NCBI RefSeq assembly: GCF_009914755.1
Contig: NC_060932.1
Source of the DNA: the human T2T-CHM13v2.0 reference genome, Homo sapiens
Length of the DNA: 64,000 nt
Direction: 5' to 3' (one strand)
The position numbers and the translations under genes are program-made. Of this stretch, positions 13,346 through 25,795 are shown piece after piece. The notes beneath the pieces were generated by a model. The model was not told the DNA's origin. It worked only from the letters and a program-made list of their open reading frames with translations, and did not search any database. How positions within the stretch are numbered: position 1 is the first letter of the stretch; every line of letters begins with the position of its first letter.

Positions 13346-13940
13346 ATTTTAAAATCATATTGTATGTGCAATAAGTCACTGAAGAAGGAGTCATTCTTAT
13401 ATTTATATTGAGTCAGAAAACTCAGCTTGGTGCCCAGGTTTTTAAGGAAAACGCTTCACTTCTGAGTTTAATCAAGGTTTCCTGAAAGGATGAAATTTTA
13501 GAAGGAGGGCACAGGAAACAGCTCAGGGAAGTCTCTTCAAAAGGCAAACAGCAGGAAATAAATTTAAAATGACTCTTAACTACCTACATGCTTATGCTAA
13601 CTGAAATCACTTGAATGTACAATTTGCTTGTAAACCAAATTAGGGTACAAAAATGGTCATAGACTACAGAAAAGAAAAAAATGCCATTGCAAAAATTGGC
13701 TCAAAAATTAGCTATTAAACTCCCATTTGCAGTTATTACTTATAGCATGTGTAATATAACCCATTGAAATTCTATCTTATATGTTTAAGGAAAAAAGAAA
13801 TACTAGTCTAGAAGGTAATGTCATACATTGGCTAGCTACATGTACTGAAGGAGAGTGGTTGTAGTTTTGATTCTAGCGAGATTTTGACTTCTTTATGACC
13901 TTTTCTATTTGAGACTTTTCTACTGGAAGTAAAAGGGAAA

Positions 13941-13947
13941 ACACACA

Positions 13948-13985
<38 letters not shown>
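13941..13985. repeat. (CA)n microsatellite
   Basis: Directly visible. Confidence 0.95.
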
Positions 13986-13988
<3 letters not shown>

Positions 13989-14774
13989 CCTAGATGATTG
14001 AATGCCAGACACTTACCAGTCTTGATTTGCTTTAATGTAACATTGTAAGGAGGGAAGGAGGCAGGATTCATAGCAATGGGACTATTCTACTTTAAATCTT
14101 AGATCCTGCACTTAATAAGTACATGATCATTGCAGTTCACCTAACTTCTCCAACATTCACTTTTTTCATCCTTATATCAGAATAAAAGATACTTGAGAAA
14201 ATTATCTTATGCTTGGCATTCTTGAAAGTCTGCCCTCAGGACCTCTTTGAATTGTCCTTTTGTTTAGCAAAGAAGAGAATTTTACATCTCTGGGCAATTC
14301 TTAACTCTCAAGAGAGAAAAATCTTACTCAACATCTCAGAATTTCAGGAAAACATAGAAGAGCATTTGTGAGTCAACTTAACATTTCTTCAAAGCCCTTC
14401 TCCCCAGCCCCTTTTTTCTCCTACCCAGGTAGCACCAATATAATAGGCAAAACTCTAAACTGATAGGCAAAAACCCTAACAGGAAAAGTCTGAGGCCATT
14501 GGGCATATGCTAAACATTCTAGGTTTGCCATAAAATAATTTGCTTCTGAGAGTAAGATTAATTCTGCTCTGAGAGGATGGTATTCACTTCCACCCCTGCT
14601 TATAAAGATACTCTAATAAAGATGATTAGAAATAAGACTATGTATAAAAAGATATTTCATGGATAGCAAGAAAATGTATTTAACTGCAGTAAAATAATCC
14701 AAATACCTGCTCCATTGTTTTTAACTTCACAAATTTAAATATATATACATATATATAAAATTATATTTTTAATA

Positions 14775-15778
14775 TACATTTTTATTTCAATAGCTTTTGA
14801 GATACAGGTGGTTTTTGGCTACATGGATGAATTGTATAGTGGTGAAGACTGAGATTTTAGTGCTCCTGTCACCCGAGTAGAGTACTTTGTACCTGATATG
14901 TAGTGTTTTATCCCTCATCCTCCTCTCATCCTCCTCCCTTTTGAGTCTCCCAAATCCATTATATCACTCTGTATGCCTTTGTGTACCCATAGCTTAGATC
15001 CATTTAGAAGTGACAACAAATGTTATTTGGTTTTCCATTCCTGAGTTACTTCACTTAGCATAATGGCCTCTGGCTTCATCCAAGTTGCTGTAAAAAACAT
15101 TGTTTTATTCTTTTTTATGGCTGCATAGTATTCCATGGTGCATGTATATCACATATTCTTTATCCAATCACTGGTCAATGGGCACTTAGGTTGGTTCCCT
15201 ATCTTTGAAATTATGAATTCTGCTACAATAAACATATGCATGCAGGGTTTTTAAAATATATAATGACTTATTTTCCTTTGGATAAATACCCAGTAGCAGG
15301 ATTGCTGGATCAAATGGTAGATTTACTTTTAGTCCTTTAAGAAAAATCTCTATACTGTTTTTCATAGAGATTGTACTAATTTACATTCCCACCAGTAGTG
15401 TATAAGCATTCCCTTTTCGCCACACCCATGCCAACATCTATTGTTTTTTTGACTTTTTAATAATGGCCATTCTGACTGAGTAAGTTGGCATCTCACTGTG
15501 GATTTAATTTGCATTTCTCTGATGATTAGCAATGCTGAGCATTTTTTTCATATGTTTATGGGCCCCTTGTATATCTTCTTTTGAGAAATGTCTATCCATA
15601 TCACGTGCCCACTTTTTGACAGGATTATTTGCTTTTTTTTTCTTGCTGATTTATTTGAGTTCCTTGTAGATTCTGGATATAAGTCCTTTGCTGGATGCAC
15701 AGGTTGCAAATACTTCCTTCCATTCTGTGGGTTGTCTGTTTACTCCAATGATTATTTATTTTGCTATGCAGGAGCTTA
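14775..15778 (-). mobile_element. L1PB-type LINE-1, 3' fragment
   Basis: tttatttcaatagcttttg...acatggatgaattgtatagtggtga (L1PB 3' end) continuing into antisense ORF2 (ttgtagattctggatat). Confidence 0.9.
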
Positions 15779-16916
15779 TAAGTATATATATTTTAAAAGT
15801 GCTTGTGGAAAATTTTAATGTAATGGAATTCCTCTTATTGTGTGATCATCTCTACATACCCTTCTATTAATCTTAAATATTAGTTTAAGATTACTCGTGA
15901 GTCTTAAGATTATTGGTGAATCTGATTATTGGTGATTATTAGTTTAAGATTATTGGTGAATGTACTCCTTTTAGATGAAGCTGTCAAAGGACGAGAACCA
16001 TATAATAATAAATATTAGCAAATAGCATAAATAAAATAATAAACATAAAAATAGCATATTTTTATGCTAAGTACAGTAAGCATACTGTACTTAGCACCAT
16101 GGCTCTGCAGCAAGACATTATTTTAAGTTAGATGCTCAATATAAATTATACATTAAAAAATTTATCAGAACTTGAAAACTTTCACAATCGGATCCAATCA
16201 TTTCCTTGGAATGTGTGAGGTGTTACAAATGCCGCCTAATTCTTTTTGAAGCTCGAGGAAAAGGCAAAAGTCTTGTAACATACTGAAATGATTTGAATGA
16301 TTTTACCGTAAAATGGCTTGGATTTGCTCATCTGGCTCCAAGTTCAGAAGAATGACCAACAAACTGACTTATGTTCTCAGCAGTGTAGACACTGAAGGGC
16401 CTGAGCAGATGTTGAAGGCTTACTCCAGGCCAATGCATGAGGTTGTTTTTTTTTTTGTTTTTTTTTTGTGGTTTCTCTTAAGTGTTTGCTAATATCTACC
16501 ACATTGCATACTCAATGTTCCTTTTCAACTGGCCTGCCTGCTCATAATATAAAGCAGATGATTTCATCTTTCACAGCGCCTTTTTGCTACAGTGAACTGA
16601 AGTCTGCAGAGTTCAGACTTCTCTAATAACATCCATGTTTCTTTAAGAACAGGAAAATCCCTTCCCCTTAAAAGGTTTGCTCCTCAGTCCTGAGTTCTAT
16701 AATACAATATTATATGTAATTCCTGTTTAAACAATAGTCTACATTTCCTCCAAGTACTCATTTAGGCTTCTGCTATATTACATTTTTAAGATATGCTGTA
16801 CCTTTAGTAAGCACAAATTGCATTTCCTATTAGAGGAGAATAACGTCACTTATTTCGGTTAGAAATGCTTCATTTTAAATAAACAGAACAGAAATGGTTT
16901 CCTTATTCAGTGTTAA

Positions 16917-17311
<395 letters not shown>

Positions 17312-17799
17312 TTAAGGAGAAAAAAGAGAAGTCAGGAACAATATCTGTCCTGGTTCTGACTTGGACTTGATTTTGTTATCTTTTACTTTCTCTTATATTG
17401 AACATAATTACTTGATTGATTTGTGTTTTTGTGCCCTCTCCAAGTTTAAAGGCTTAGGTAAAGTAGATAATGTCTTTTAGAATCTGAAATCCCTAGAGGG
17501 TTCTGATAATACTATATAAACATTTTATTTTAGATTTTCAGAATGATTTGAAGGAAAAGGGTCATGGAAAACTGCAAAAATTTCATCTGTTCCTTTCAGC
17601 CCATACTACATTAAACTTGGATAAGTATTTGCTATACCAGTAAGGGCTCCTAAGATCTATCCCTTCACCTTAATGTTGTCAAGCACCTACGTGAAACAAG
17701 TTGTTAAATGTGGCTTTTTAGTTTGCTTTGGAGTGTTTATAGAGGCCCTAAGGGCTGGGAAATACATCATCGGTGACAGATAACCCTTCATCCTAAAGT

Positions 17800-19787
17800 A
17801 AAATTGTAGTTTTATAGTAAGACTATGCTGTCAATATTGAATAAGTATGATAACTTTCTGAGAACACTTTCTGTTTCGATACTGGACCCTGGTAAATACA
17901 GAATGACTGGCCGTGGAACATCAAATGATCATACAACCAGAACTGCCCACCATGATCAGGGTTCAGGCAAATTCACCATATCGTAATAATGAGTGGGGCC
18001 AGCAGTAATCCATTCTAAGATGGAAGTAATACAGATGGGTTTAGACAAGAATAGGGCTAGAAGGCACAAGCAAGAGGGAAAAAAACAAGCTTAGGCTATA
18101 GATAGATCAGTTCAGTGTATAGGCGCAAACTGAAAATGAACTGTGGTGCATTATTGCCCACTTAGAAGTGGCACTGAATAAAATTTTCAGGGAAAATCAT
18201 CCCAGTGGCCAGGACTTTGAGAAGTGAACCTGGATGTCTATTTTCTGTGGAAAGAGAGGTAGCCTGAGGTAATAATAACACAGACACATGGACGGTGAAA
18301 ATTGTTTGGCTGGTTAATCAGGGTACTGGAAAGAGTATAAGATTGGGACAAGGAGTTCTAGACAAGAAGCATTTGGATAACCTATTGGGCATGGGCATGA
18401 ATTGTGCTGGATTTTCTACTGCTTATTAATCCTGATAAGAGAAGATCCACCATAGGAGAGACACTAAGTAACCAAGTAGACTGATTGACCCAGTTAATGT
18501 CAACCACTCTGCTACTGGCACATTGTGCACATGGAACAGAGTAGGCTGGGCAGCAGGGATGGAGAGTGTGCACTGGCCAGATTGCATGGTTTTCCATGAT
18601 CAAGTCTGATCTTACTACTGCCTTTAACGAATTCCAGACTGCTAGCAGCAGAGATCAACTCTGAGCCTCAAATACGGTATCATCTACTAAACAAACCAAC
18701 CAGCCCATCGGTGGAGAATTGACCATATGTAAGACCCCTTTAACTTTGTTAATCCATGCTCTTTGGAGTTTGTGTTTGTCTTTCCTGCCAGTAGGGCTCA
18801 GCTAGCACCATGATTAGAGGACTCACAGAGTATTTGACCCATTGACATGTGATTTTATATAACATCAGATGAAGTGACCAACCTCACAGCACAGTAGATT
18901 TGACATCAGTTTATCTCCATGGGATCCATTAGTTCTATCACATTCCACTTCTCATAGGAGTTGTCTGTCTTTTTAGCAATGGTGCAGCCTGCTGAATGAA
19001 CATCTGAGGCACCAGCTTGGAGAGAATATTTTAGGAATTCTTTATATACCCCAAGTCAGCAACCATGTATGATTCTATGTCCCCCAAATGATAGAATACA
19101 TAGGTCCTAGAACTAAGCAGTGAATGTAACAGTAGCCTGTTTAATTATCATTCCAAGTGACCCACTTAGGGAAATTGTGCTTCTCATTCTGAAAACTCTG
19201 GGCTTTGTGGGCTTAGATGCCTTGGTTTCCAGAGGGAGAAAGCTTCCACCAGGGAATGCAAGAAAACTCCCATTAAAGCTCAAGCTTCAGCAACTAGTGT
19301 TCAATCACTTTAAGTTTCTTGTGCCATGATACTGGCATACAAAGAAAGGACTCACCAACCTGGTAAGTGATTCTGATTATCAAGAGGAGGAAGGACTGCT
19401 CTTACATGAAAGTAAATAATATGTTTGGCACTCGGGTGATCCATTTGGGCATCTCTTGGTAATTTTTTACTCAATTTTGATAGTAACTGAACAAGTTTAG
19501 CAACCAAAACTCGAGAAGGACATACCAATGCCTCAGAGATGAAGCTCTGAATTGCTTTAACAGGTAAGCCATTGAGGCTAACAGAGTTGTCAGCTGAAGG
19601 TGAAGGAATCTTGAATGGGTAACAAGAGAGGAGTATGGTGAATATTAGTTATAGCTTCAAAACTAGCTTCATTGGTGAAACCTAGTGTTCATTCCATTGA
19701 CCATCTTCTTGTAAACTTCCTCCAGGAACAATAACACCGATCCCAGACCTGATGTATGTGGAGCTGAATAGCATAAGGTGTGAATTC
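17800..19787 (+). mobile_element. ERV-L internal remnant (HERV16-like): degenerate pol (RT linker, RNase H, integrase) and dUTPase
   Basis: Translations YWTLVNTE*LAVEHQMIIQPELPTM, GKSSQW, QQRSTLSLKYG and IIIPSDPLREIVLL...GLDALVSRGRKLPPG match recalled ERV-L Pol/dUTPase; many stops and frameshifts. Confidence 0.85.
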
Positions 19788-20202
19788 TGTGGTGTTCACC
19801 TAGATCACACTTTAAAACTGAAGGACTAAATTTCTCATCTCAAGAGTGTTGGTAACATATCTCTAAGCTGAGTCCCTCTCCGGCACTTGTCCTTGGTGTT
19901 AAAAAGCTGCATTGCTCAAGGTTACCCCCTTCGCTGGGAGAGCCTGGGACAACTTGATATGGGGATATGAAAGCTGTGCCCCTCACCTCAATTTGAAACA
20001 ACTATGAAGGTCCATTCCAGGTCTAGGACTCTGCATGATTTTCTGAGTCTTTGCTACAAGTTCATCACAGTTCAACTTCTTTCTCCTGAATTCTGACTTC
20101 TTAACTTCCCTGCAGGTGCTAATCCTGAAGGTGCCTCAAAATACTCCTGCAAGCAAACCTCCCCCTCAGAGTCTACTCCCTGGGAAACTCAACCTTGTAA
20201 CA
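19788..20202 (+). mobile_element. LTR16A-like 3' LTR
   Basis: Starts tgtgg after a degraded polypurine tract and ends ca; acaactatgaaggtccattccagg...ctcagagtctactccctgggaaactcaacc. Confidence 0.8.
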
Positions 20203-20592
20203 TCCTTAGGTTTAGAATAATATTGCAGCTAATAAATCTTGTTGTTTTTACTAATTTTTTATTCTTATGTAGTGTGAGTGTGTGAACATATACTCACTAT
20301 CAACGTCACTGGAGAAGCAAATCAATTAACTAAAAATTTCATTTTCAGCAAAACTTTCTTGAAAGGCCTTTTGGAGAGAGATACCTGGAGAGCCATGCTC
20401 AGCATTTGATTTGGAGGTGATTTTGAAGCCAAAGGTCTCTGAAATGTGAGCTTTTCTGATAATGATAGAAAACTCAGTTCTAACTCTGGCTTCAGCATTT
20501 CCTAAACAAACAACTTGAATTACTACAAAAATTACACTTAAAAGTTGACTGTATTTTTTTTCTAACAATTCTAACAATCACATCAGGACCCC

Positions 20593-20819
20593 TGTCTGAG
20601 TCTGTTTTTTGTTTTGTTTTTTGTTTCTTGTTTTGTTTTGTTTGTTTGTTTTTGCTGCTATATCAGAAAACCACAGACTGGGTAATTTATAAACAATAGA
20701 AGTTTATTTGGCTCATGGTTCTGGAAGCTGGGAAGTCCAAGATTGAGGCACCGCATCTGGTGAGGGCCTTATTCCTGCATCAGAACATGGCAGAAGGCAC
20801 CAGGTGGTGAGAGGGCATG

Positions 20820-20860
<41 letters not shown>

Positions 20861-21048
20861 GGCAGAGGGACCAAAATAATCCTTTTATTAGAAAACTTCT
20901 TGTGGGGTAACTAACCCACTCCCAAAATAATGGCATTAATCCATTCATGAGGTCAGACCTCTCATGACCTCTTAAAGGTCCCACCTCTCAACAATATGAC
21001 ATTGAATTTCAGACACATGGACTTTGGGGATACTTTCAAACAAGAGCA
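20593..21048 (-). mobile_element. MaLR LTR (MST/MLT1A type) containing (GA)n at 20822-20857
   Basis: cacagactgggtaatttataaac...ggaagtccaagattgaggcaccgcatctggtgagggcctt. Confidence 0.85.
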
Positions 21049-22471
21049 GATCCTTGCCTCTCTGCTGTTCTTTATGATTTACACGTAAGATTTCACAACA
21101 ACCCTGTGACTTAGGTAAGGCAGGTATTGTTATTCTCTCTTCTGTAAAATAAAAGTGGGATGCAAAGAAACTTAATGTGTTTCCCAAGTTTGCACAGTTA
21201 CTAAGTGGCAGCAGTATCAGAGGTCTGGGATGATTTGATTAACATTAAAAAATGAAAGAAGGAAAAATCAGCATTGAAAAATGTTGCTCTACTTTAAATG
21301 TTTATATTTAAAGTGTCATACGTTTTAAATGCCAAAACACAAAGAAAATATTTATACTGAACATTATATAAATTAATTTGGAGATATTGTCATTAATAAG
21401 CTTCCTTGTAAGCAACATATAATTTATATATTTGTACCACCTTTTAGAGGAGTGGTTCTGTAAAATAACCTTCTTATGTTCCATCTTCATGCCATTGATT
21501 CCCATACTCTAATCCAAGCCCAGGGCTCTTTCAATACCATTATTTTCTGATTTAAACTTGGGTTTTTATTTCTGACCTCTATGTTCCCTTTTCACTTAAG
21601 CTTATTTTTCAAAAGAGGATTTATTTATTATTACAGCTGTATTTTCTTTTATCCAATAAAATATTAATTTTTTTCTGTACCTTATAAGAAAGCGAGTCCT
21701 TCACCTTCTTCTTTCAGCCCCACCCCCACCATTTCTACATAACTACATACACACTTTTCTATTTTTGGTAGATTTATTCTTTAGAATTGCTTTGGCTATG
21801 ATAAACTTTACTTAAGACATTAATAATTCTTGGCAAGGGCTTCTTTTGTGTTTTAACTTTGAAAGGAAAACTTACTCTGCATAATTGCCCCATTCTTAAC
21901 TGTGGTATAGATTGAAAACAGCAAAAGCTGATAACAGCTTTGCCCCAAGTATACAAACTTCAGGTCTGCTTTTCTCTCTGCAGAATTTAGCTTTTAGCTA
22001 TACATGGAGAACTTTTTAGTAAATTTAGGCTTGGAGATGGAAGAGAGAAAAAGGAACAAAGACAATTTAGACTTTGATTTGAATTCTCAGTAATCAAAAA
22101 TAGTTTTTCTTATATTTAAAGAATAAAGTAAAAGGTATTTAATAAACTTTACATACTAATAAAAAACAAATTACAAAAAGACCAAAAACTTGAAGCTGGG
22201 TTTTTGTATTTTTGGTTACTATAAGAAATTTAAATGTAGCAAAGATGGAAATTGTATTTTAATATCTAGTGCAGATTTTCATTCAGAAGGACAATTGTCT
22301 TTGTTTTAAACACAATTTAATAGATGTGCTTATAAAGATAAGGCTTTCTGGAAATAGCAGAGATAATTCAATGAAGCAGATGAGAACATCAGTTCATTCA
22401 TCAATCAGTGAAACAAACCTGTCCAAGAAAGGTACAATAATTTTGAGATTGGAGGAAATAGAGTAGGTGAG

Positions 22472-24763
22472 TGTATTAGTCCATTCTCACGCTGCTGTGA
22501 AGAAATACCTGAGACTGGATAATTTATAAAGAAAAGAGGTTTAATTGACTCACAGTTCTGCATGGCTGGGGAGGTCTCAAGAAACTTACAATCATGGCAG
22601 AAGGCACCTCTTCACAGGGCATCAGGAGAGAGAATGGGCACTAGCAGGAGAAATCCTAGACACTTAAAAAAACCATCAGATCTCATGAGAACTCACTCAC
22701 TATCACTAGAATAGCCTGGTGGGAACCACCCCCATGATTCAATGACTTCCCACTGGGTCTCTTTCATGACAGGTGGTGATTATGGGATTAAAATTCAAGA
22801 TGAGATTTGAGTGGGGACACAAAGTTAAACCATATCATTATCCCCCTCTCCCCTCCCATATCTCATGTCTTCACATTTCAAAACACAATTATGCCCTTCC
22901 AACAGTCCCCCAAAGTCTTAACTCATTCCAACATTAACCCAAAGGCCAAATCCAAAGTCTCATCTGAGACAAGGAACGTCCCTTCTGCCTATGAGCCTGT
23001 AAAATCAAAGGCAAGCTAGTTACTTTCTAGATACACTGGGGGTACAGGCATTGGGTAAATACACTCACCAAAAATGGAAGAAATTGGTCAAAACAAAGGG
23101 GCCACAGGCCCCATTTAAGTCCAAAATCCAATAGTCATAAATCTTAAAGTTCCAGAATGATCTCCTTTGCCTCATGTCTCAAAATCAGGTCATGCTGATG
23201 CAAGAGATGAGCTCCTATTGCCTTGGGCAGCTCTGACCCTATGGCTTTGCAGGGTACAGCACCCCTGCTGGCTGATTTCACAAGCTGGCATTGGGTTTCT
23301 GTGGCTTTTCCAGGCATGGTGCAAGATGCTGGTGGATCTACCATTCTGGGGTCTGGAGGATGGTGGCCATCTTCTCCCAGCTCCACTAGGCAGTGCCCCA
23401 GTGGGGACTGTGGTGGGGGGCTCCAACCCCACATTTCCCTTTTGCACTGCCCTAGCAGAGGTTCTCCACGAGGGCTCCGCCTCTGCAGCAAACTTCTGCC
23501 TGGATAACAGGGCATTTCCATACATCCTCTGAAATCTAGATGGAGGTTCCCAAACCTTAATTCTTGACATCTGTGTACCCACAGGCTCAACACCACATGA
23601 AAGCCACCAAGGCTTGGGGCTTGCACCCTCTGAAGCAATGGTCCAAGCTGTACCCTGGTCCATTTTAGCCATCGCGGGATGCATGGAACATGAAGCAGCT
23701 GGGATGCAGGGAACCATGTCCCAAGGCTGCATAGAGCAGTGGGGGCCCCTGGGCCCAGCCCAAAAAAACATTTTTCTCTCCTAATCTTCTGGGCCTGTGA
23801 TGGGAGGGGCTGCCACAAAGATCTCTGACATGCCCTGAGGGCATTTTCTCCATTGTCTTGCTGATTAACATTTGGCTCCTCATTACTTATGCAAATTTCT
23901 GCAGGCTGCTTGAATTTCTCCCCAGAAAATGGATTTATCTTTTCTTTCACACAGTCAGGCTGCCAATTTTCCAAACTTGTATGCTCTACTTGCTCTTGAA
24001 CACTTTGCTGCTTAGAAATTTCTTGTGCCAGATACCCTAAATCATGTCTCTCAAGTTCAAAGTTCCACAGGTCTCTGGGGCAGAGACAAAATGCTGCCAG
24101 TCTCTTTGCTAAAGCATAACAACATTAAAGCATAGCAAGAGTTACTTTTACTCCAGTTTCCAACAAATTCCCCATCTCCATCTGAGACCACCTCAGCCTG
24201 GACTTCATTGTCCATGTCACTGTAAGCATCTTGGTCAAAGACATTTAACAAGTCTCTAGGAAGTTCCAAACTTTTCCACATTTTCTTATCTTCTTCTGAG
24301 CCCTCCAAACTCTTCACACCTCTGCCTGTTACCCAATTCCAAAGTCGCTTCCGCATTTTTGGGTATCTTTATAGCAGCATCCCACTCCTGCTAACAATTT
24401 ACTGTATTAGCCCATTTTCACAGTGTTATGAAGAAATATCCAAGACTGGGTAATTTACAAAGAAAGGAGGTTTAATTGGCTCACAATTCCACATGGCTGG
24501 GGAGGCCTTAGGAAAGTTAGAATCACTGTGGAAGGCACCTCTTCAAAGGGTAGCAGGAGAGAGAATGGGTACCAGCAGGGGAAATCCCAGACACTTATAA
24601 AACCATCAGCTCTCGTGAGAACTCACTATCATGAGAACAGCATGGCAGAAACAGCCCCCATGATTCAGTTACCTCCCACCAGGTTTCTCCCACGACACAT
24701 GGGGGTTATGAGATTACAATTCAATACAAGATTTGGATGGAGACATAAAGCCAAACCGTATTA
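22472..24763 (-). mobile_element. Full-length THE1 (THE1D-like) MaLR provirus: LTR 22472-22837, internal 22838-24402, LTR 24403-24763
   Basis: Two homologous LTRs (tgtattag...ccatatca and ...ccgtatta); ~1.56-kb THE1-int with gag-like remnant SLEGSEEDKKMWKSLELPRDLLN; 5-bp TSD gtgag/gagag. Confidence 0.93.
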
Positions 24764-24886
24764 GAGAGGAAAAGTAATAGGGTGAGGAGGGCTGAACAAT
24801 GATGTTGAGGACTTGAGCAGAAATATCAATCAGAGGGTAATTTCAGAGGCAAGCGTGACTGGCAAATTCATAAGAATGGATCTCTA

Positions 24887-25795
24887 TGTGGAAGATAGAC
24901 TTCCTAATATAGCTGCAAGAATATCTCTTCCCTCATTTGCTCTACAGCAACTCTATCAATCTTCTATGACTGAAGTGGAGCAAGTTCCAGCATAGCCGCT
25001 ATGTAGCCTAACAATGTCTGTTTCCTGTCTCTTGAAAGCATTTTCAGTGAGGGGTGGTATGGGGGGACAGAAGTCAAGACCAAGAGGAAGATGCCAATTT
25101 ATAAATATACAATTAGCTGATTTCTTTATTGAGTAAAAAGAATACCTTGAATGCAGGCAAGTAAACAGCCAGTGCCTATGAGATGTAGTGGATTTTCAGC
25201 TGTATTTATATGGAATTAAAGCTTTATCATTGTTGGACATTATCCTACTTTTAGTAAATAGGCAGCAGACACTCAATTTGCATCAGTAGTTATGTTGATT
25301 TTACTCTGATGTCCTGTTTTCCTTAATTCTTTATCAGGCTTACTTTGATGTGTTCTTCACAATTCTGTATCAGTATTGCCAAAGATTTCCCCTGGCAGTA
25401 TATGTAGCACCTGTAATTCATCACTTCCTTCAGCAGTCCTGAGTAGGGTAATATTAAGTTCAGTTTCCCCACAGAAAACAATCACTACATAAGAAGTGCA
25501 ACTACCTTGAGATCACCTTGCTATGTGAAGCTCAAGCATTGTGAAGAGGCCCTGGGAGGTGTGACTTTGTGGATAGAGAGGTCAAAGAGCATAAAGGGAC
25601 TGGATATTTGAGTGAAGAAACCATCTTGGAAGAAGATTTTTCATCCCCAGCTGCTCAGTGGACTCCATGTTGGTCAGAGATGAACCGTCAATGCTTCCTC
25701 AATTTTTGGCCTAAAATATTATAAGCCAATACGATGGTTCTCTTAAGCCACTTAATTTTGGAATAGGTTGTTACTTTCTAAGGGACTACCAGAAG
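24887..25795 (+). mobile_element. MLT1 (G/H-like) LTR split by an insert at ~25050-25475
   Basis: 5' part tgtggaag...tcctgtctcttgaaagc; resumes at cataagaagtgcaactaccttgaga...tgagtgaagaaaccatcttgga...ttaagccacttaattttgg. Confidence 0.6.

Noticed and set aside
23144-24356. 276-, 193- and 99-aa ORFs
   Set aside because: Frameshifted remnants or alternative frames of the THE1 internal region, not a host gene
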